Below are positions 61,731 to 64,000 of a stretch of DNA of 64,000 bases, one piece after another. A model generated the notes under the pieces. The model searched no databases, was not told the DNA's origin, and worked only from the letters and a program-made list of their open reading frames with translations. Both the position numbers and the translations under genes were made by a program. The stretch spans positions 169,437-233,436 of the forward strand of contig CM119268.1 of NCBI GenBank assembly GCA_051294375.1, read 5' to 3'. Origin of the DNA: Paraspadella gotoi (lineage: Eukaryota > Animalia > Chaetognatha). Every line of letters begins with the position of its first letter. Position 1 is the first letter of the stretch.

Positions 61731-63241
61731 ATTGCAAACATAAAAAAAATCCCTCCTTTAAAACCTGTTGACGCCTAATTTAAGGATCCGCCCATTTCAT
61801 TCGTCGAGGCTTCTGATTGGTCGAGAGGTCGACGTTTAGGGACACGAGCTGATTCGTCATCGGCCACTGAACCGCGGGACGACGTCAATTACGATGTTGT
61901 TGTTGTTGTCGTCGTCAAACTCATGGATATTGTTTTTATTGATATATTGATTAATATTTATAAAAGACTGGATATTCAGGTTAAATAGTTAATTATTGCT
62001 AATAAAGTATTGCTCATCCATCAAAGTAAATATTTATTCATTTAATTATTAGGATTTATTAGGGCGTAGAAGTGAGAAGGCCGGATTTAAGGTTTGAAAG
62101 GAAANNNNNNNNNNNNNNNNNNNNNNNNNNNNNNNNNNNNNNNNNNNNNNNNNNNNNNNNNNNNNNNNNNNNNNNNNNNNNNNNNNNNNNNNNNNNNNNN
62201 NNNNNNNNNNNNNNNNNNNNNNNNNNNNNNNNNNNNNNNNNNNNNNNNNNNNNNNNNNNNNNNNNNNNNNNNNNNNNNNNNNNNNNNNNNNNNNNNNNNN
62301 NNNNNNNNNNNNNNNNNNNNNNNNNNNNNNNNNNNNNNNNNNNNNNNNNNNNNNNNNNNNNNNNNNNNNNNNNNNNNNNNNNNNNNNNNNNNNNNNNNNN
62401 NNNNNNNNNNNNNNNNNNNNNNNNNNNNNNNNNNNNNNNNNNNNNNNNNNNNNNNNNNNNNNNNNNNNNNNNNNNNNNNNNNNNNNNNNNNNNNNNNNNN
62501 NNNNNNNNNNNNNNNNNNNNNNNNNNNNNNNNNNNNNNNNNNNNNNNNNNNNNNNNNNNNNNNNNNNNNNNNNNNNNNNNNNNNNNNNNNNNNNNNNNNN
62601 NNNNNNNNNNNNNNNNNNNNNNNNNNNNNNNNNNNNNNNNNNNNNNNNNNNNNNNNNNNNNNNNNNNNNNNNNNNNNNNNNNNNNNNNNNNNNNNNNNNN
62701 NNNNNNNNNNNNNNNNNNNNNNNNNNNNNNNNNNNNNNNNNNNNNNNNNNNNNNNNNNNNNNNNNNNNNNNNNNNNNNNNNNNNNNNNNNNNNNNNNNNN
62801 NNNNNNNNNNNNNNNNNNNNNNNNNNNNNNNNNNNNNNNNNNNNNNNNNNNNNNNNNNNNNNNNNNNNNNNNNNNNNNNNNNNNNNNNNNNNNNNNNNNN
62901 NNNNNNNNNNNNNNNNNNNNNNNNNNNNNNNNNNNNNNNNNNNNNNNNNNNNNNNNNNNNNNNNNNNNACTTTTTAAATATTATTCAACAGCCATGTTAA
63001 TGCTATTTATTAGAACTCAACAATAATAAAGGGGCGTTTATTTCATATCAAAGTACCATATCTACATAGTAAATTTAAGTCTAACGCTCCGCAACAGAAA
63101 AATAAAAAGTAAAATTTTAAAAAGGCAATTATAATAAATATTCCAATCAATAGTAATTGATAATATTTTTTTCAAAATTATTTTACAAATCAACTAGTAT
63201 ATTAATCAAAAATCCAATCCCTTCTTCATTCACTACATCAG

Positions 63242-64000
63242 AGGCCCCAAGAGACGACGACTCAATAACAACTGGATCGCTGAAGAGTCAATCGTTGGCA
63301 ACTCAATCAATTCTGGACTCCACTCTGCATCCACGAGCTTTCAAGATGCCCACTCAGTTCGAGCTTCGAATCGCAAGACAAAGCGAACTGGGATTCATCG
63401 CTCAATCCAATCTTATGAGAAGAGAGAAGCAATAATTCAAAATCGCCAAGCAAACAAGATCGATGCGATGAATGAATTTCGAGTAGCATCTCCTCCCATT
63501 GATAAGAGATCCATGAAATTCGTGACAGTCAGGAACAAGTTTGGAATCAAACCGACAACTGACAAAGAAATTCAGCCACTGGTCGAGCAAGAAGAGAATA
63601 ATTCTGTCTTTTTAAAGGTTTCTCTCAAGCATCAATCAGCAAATCGCCAAGAGCCAATGACAGTCATGAGGCAAGCAAGACCGGTGAATGAGTTCTTAAG
63701 TCCAAAGGCTGAAACAGCCATTCTCTCGCAGGCACAAGTTGAAAGTTATGATGCTCAGATGCAGCGTAACGTGACGCACAAGGAATACACCACCGTGCGC
63801 AAGGAATTTCAGTTGCCTTCGTTGGTTATACCCGAACCAATCGTAACTGAGCCTGAAGAGGAAGAACCAGTTCAGCTTTTGCCATCAAAATCGGCAAGTA
63901 GACCAATTCAAGAGGACTCTTCCAAGCCTAAAGTTATTCTAGAGTTTAGCAAGATTCAGTCGCTTGATATGACCAAAGTAGGAAATGAGAACAAAGAAAA
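63242..64000 (+). CDS. Large open exon (at least 252 codons, runs off window), unknown and probably disordered protein
   Basis: Acceptor CTTCTTCATTCACTACATCAG|; stop-free frame GPKRRRLNNNWIAEESIVGNSINSGLHS...EPIVTEPEEEEPVQLLPSKSASRPIQEDSSKPKVILEFSKIQSLDMTKVGNENKE to the window end. Absent from the ORF track because it has no stop. Confidence 0.8.

Noticed and set aside
62072-63026. 300-aa ORFs spanning N runs (also 54393-54974, 57810-58067, 60027-60636)
   Set aside because: Composed mostly of unknown bases.

Overview
This is AT-rich, microsatellite-rich eukaryotic (animal-like) genomic DNA from a draft assembly with N gaps and long error-rich stretches; it is not prokaryotic, and most ORFs in the supplied track are low-complexity artefacts. 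The main real gene is a spliced cytosolic-type sulfotransferase on + (about 11433-29825). Its 3'-PB (RNPKD) and catalytic THLP motifs are intact, but its PAPS 5'-PSB loop is atypical (SHMKCGHHF). A very noisy inverted second copy of this locus lies at about 32760-40560 and lacks the ~13.7 kb block that interrupts the forward copy at a 25-N gap, so the block and/or the duplicate may be gap-filling artefacts. Other content: Penelope-type minimal hammerhead ribozyme motifs (one inside a TIR-bounded MITE in the sulfotransferase intron), Helentron/DINE-1-like elements, a tRNA-Leu-derived fragment with CCA, a Tc1/mariner transposase relic split by an (AAAAG)n expansion, a probable LTR relic, several minisatellites, a compact orphan multi-exon gene on - (about 40870-41806), and an open exon of at least 250 codons running off the window end. 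I see no convincing new multi-gene system. The best leads are the hammerhead-bearing MITE, the divergent sulfotransferase and an intronic array of fused acceptor/donor sites.
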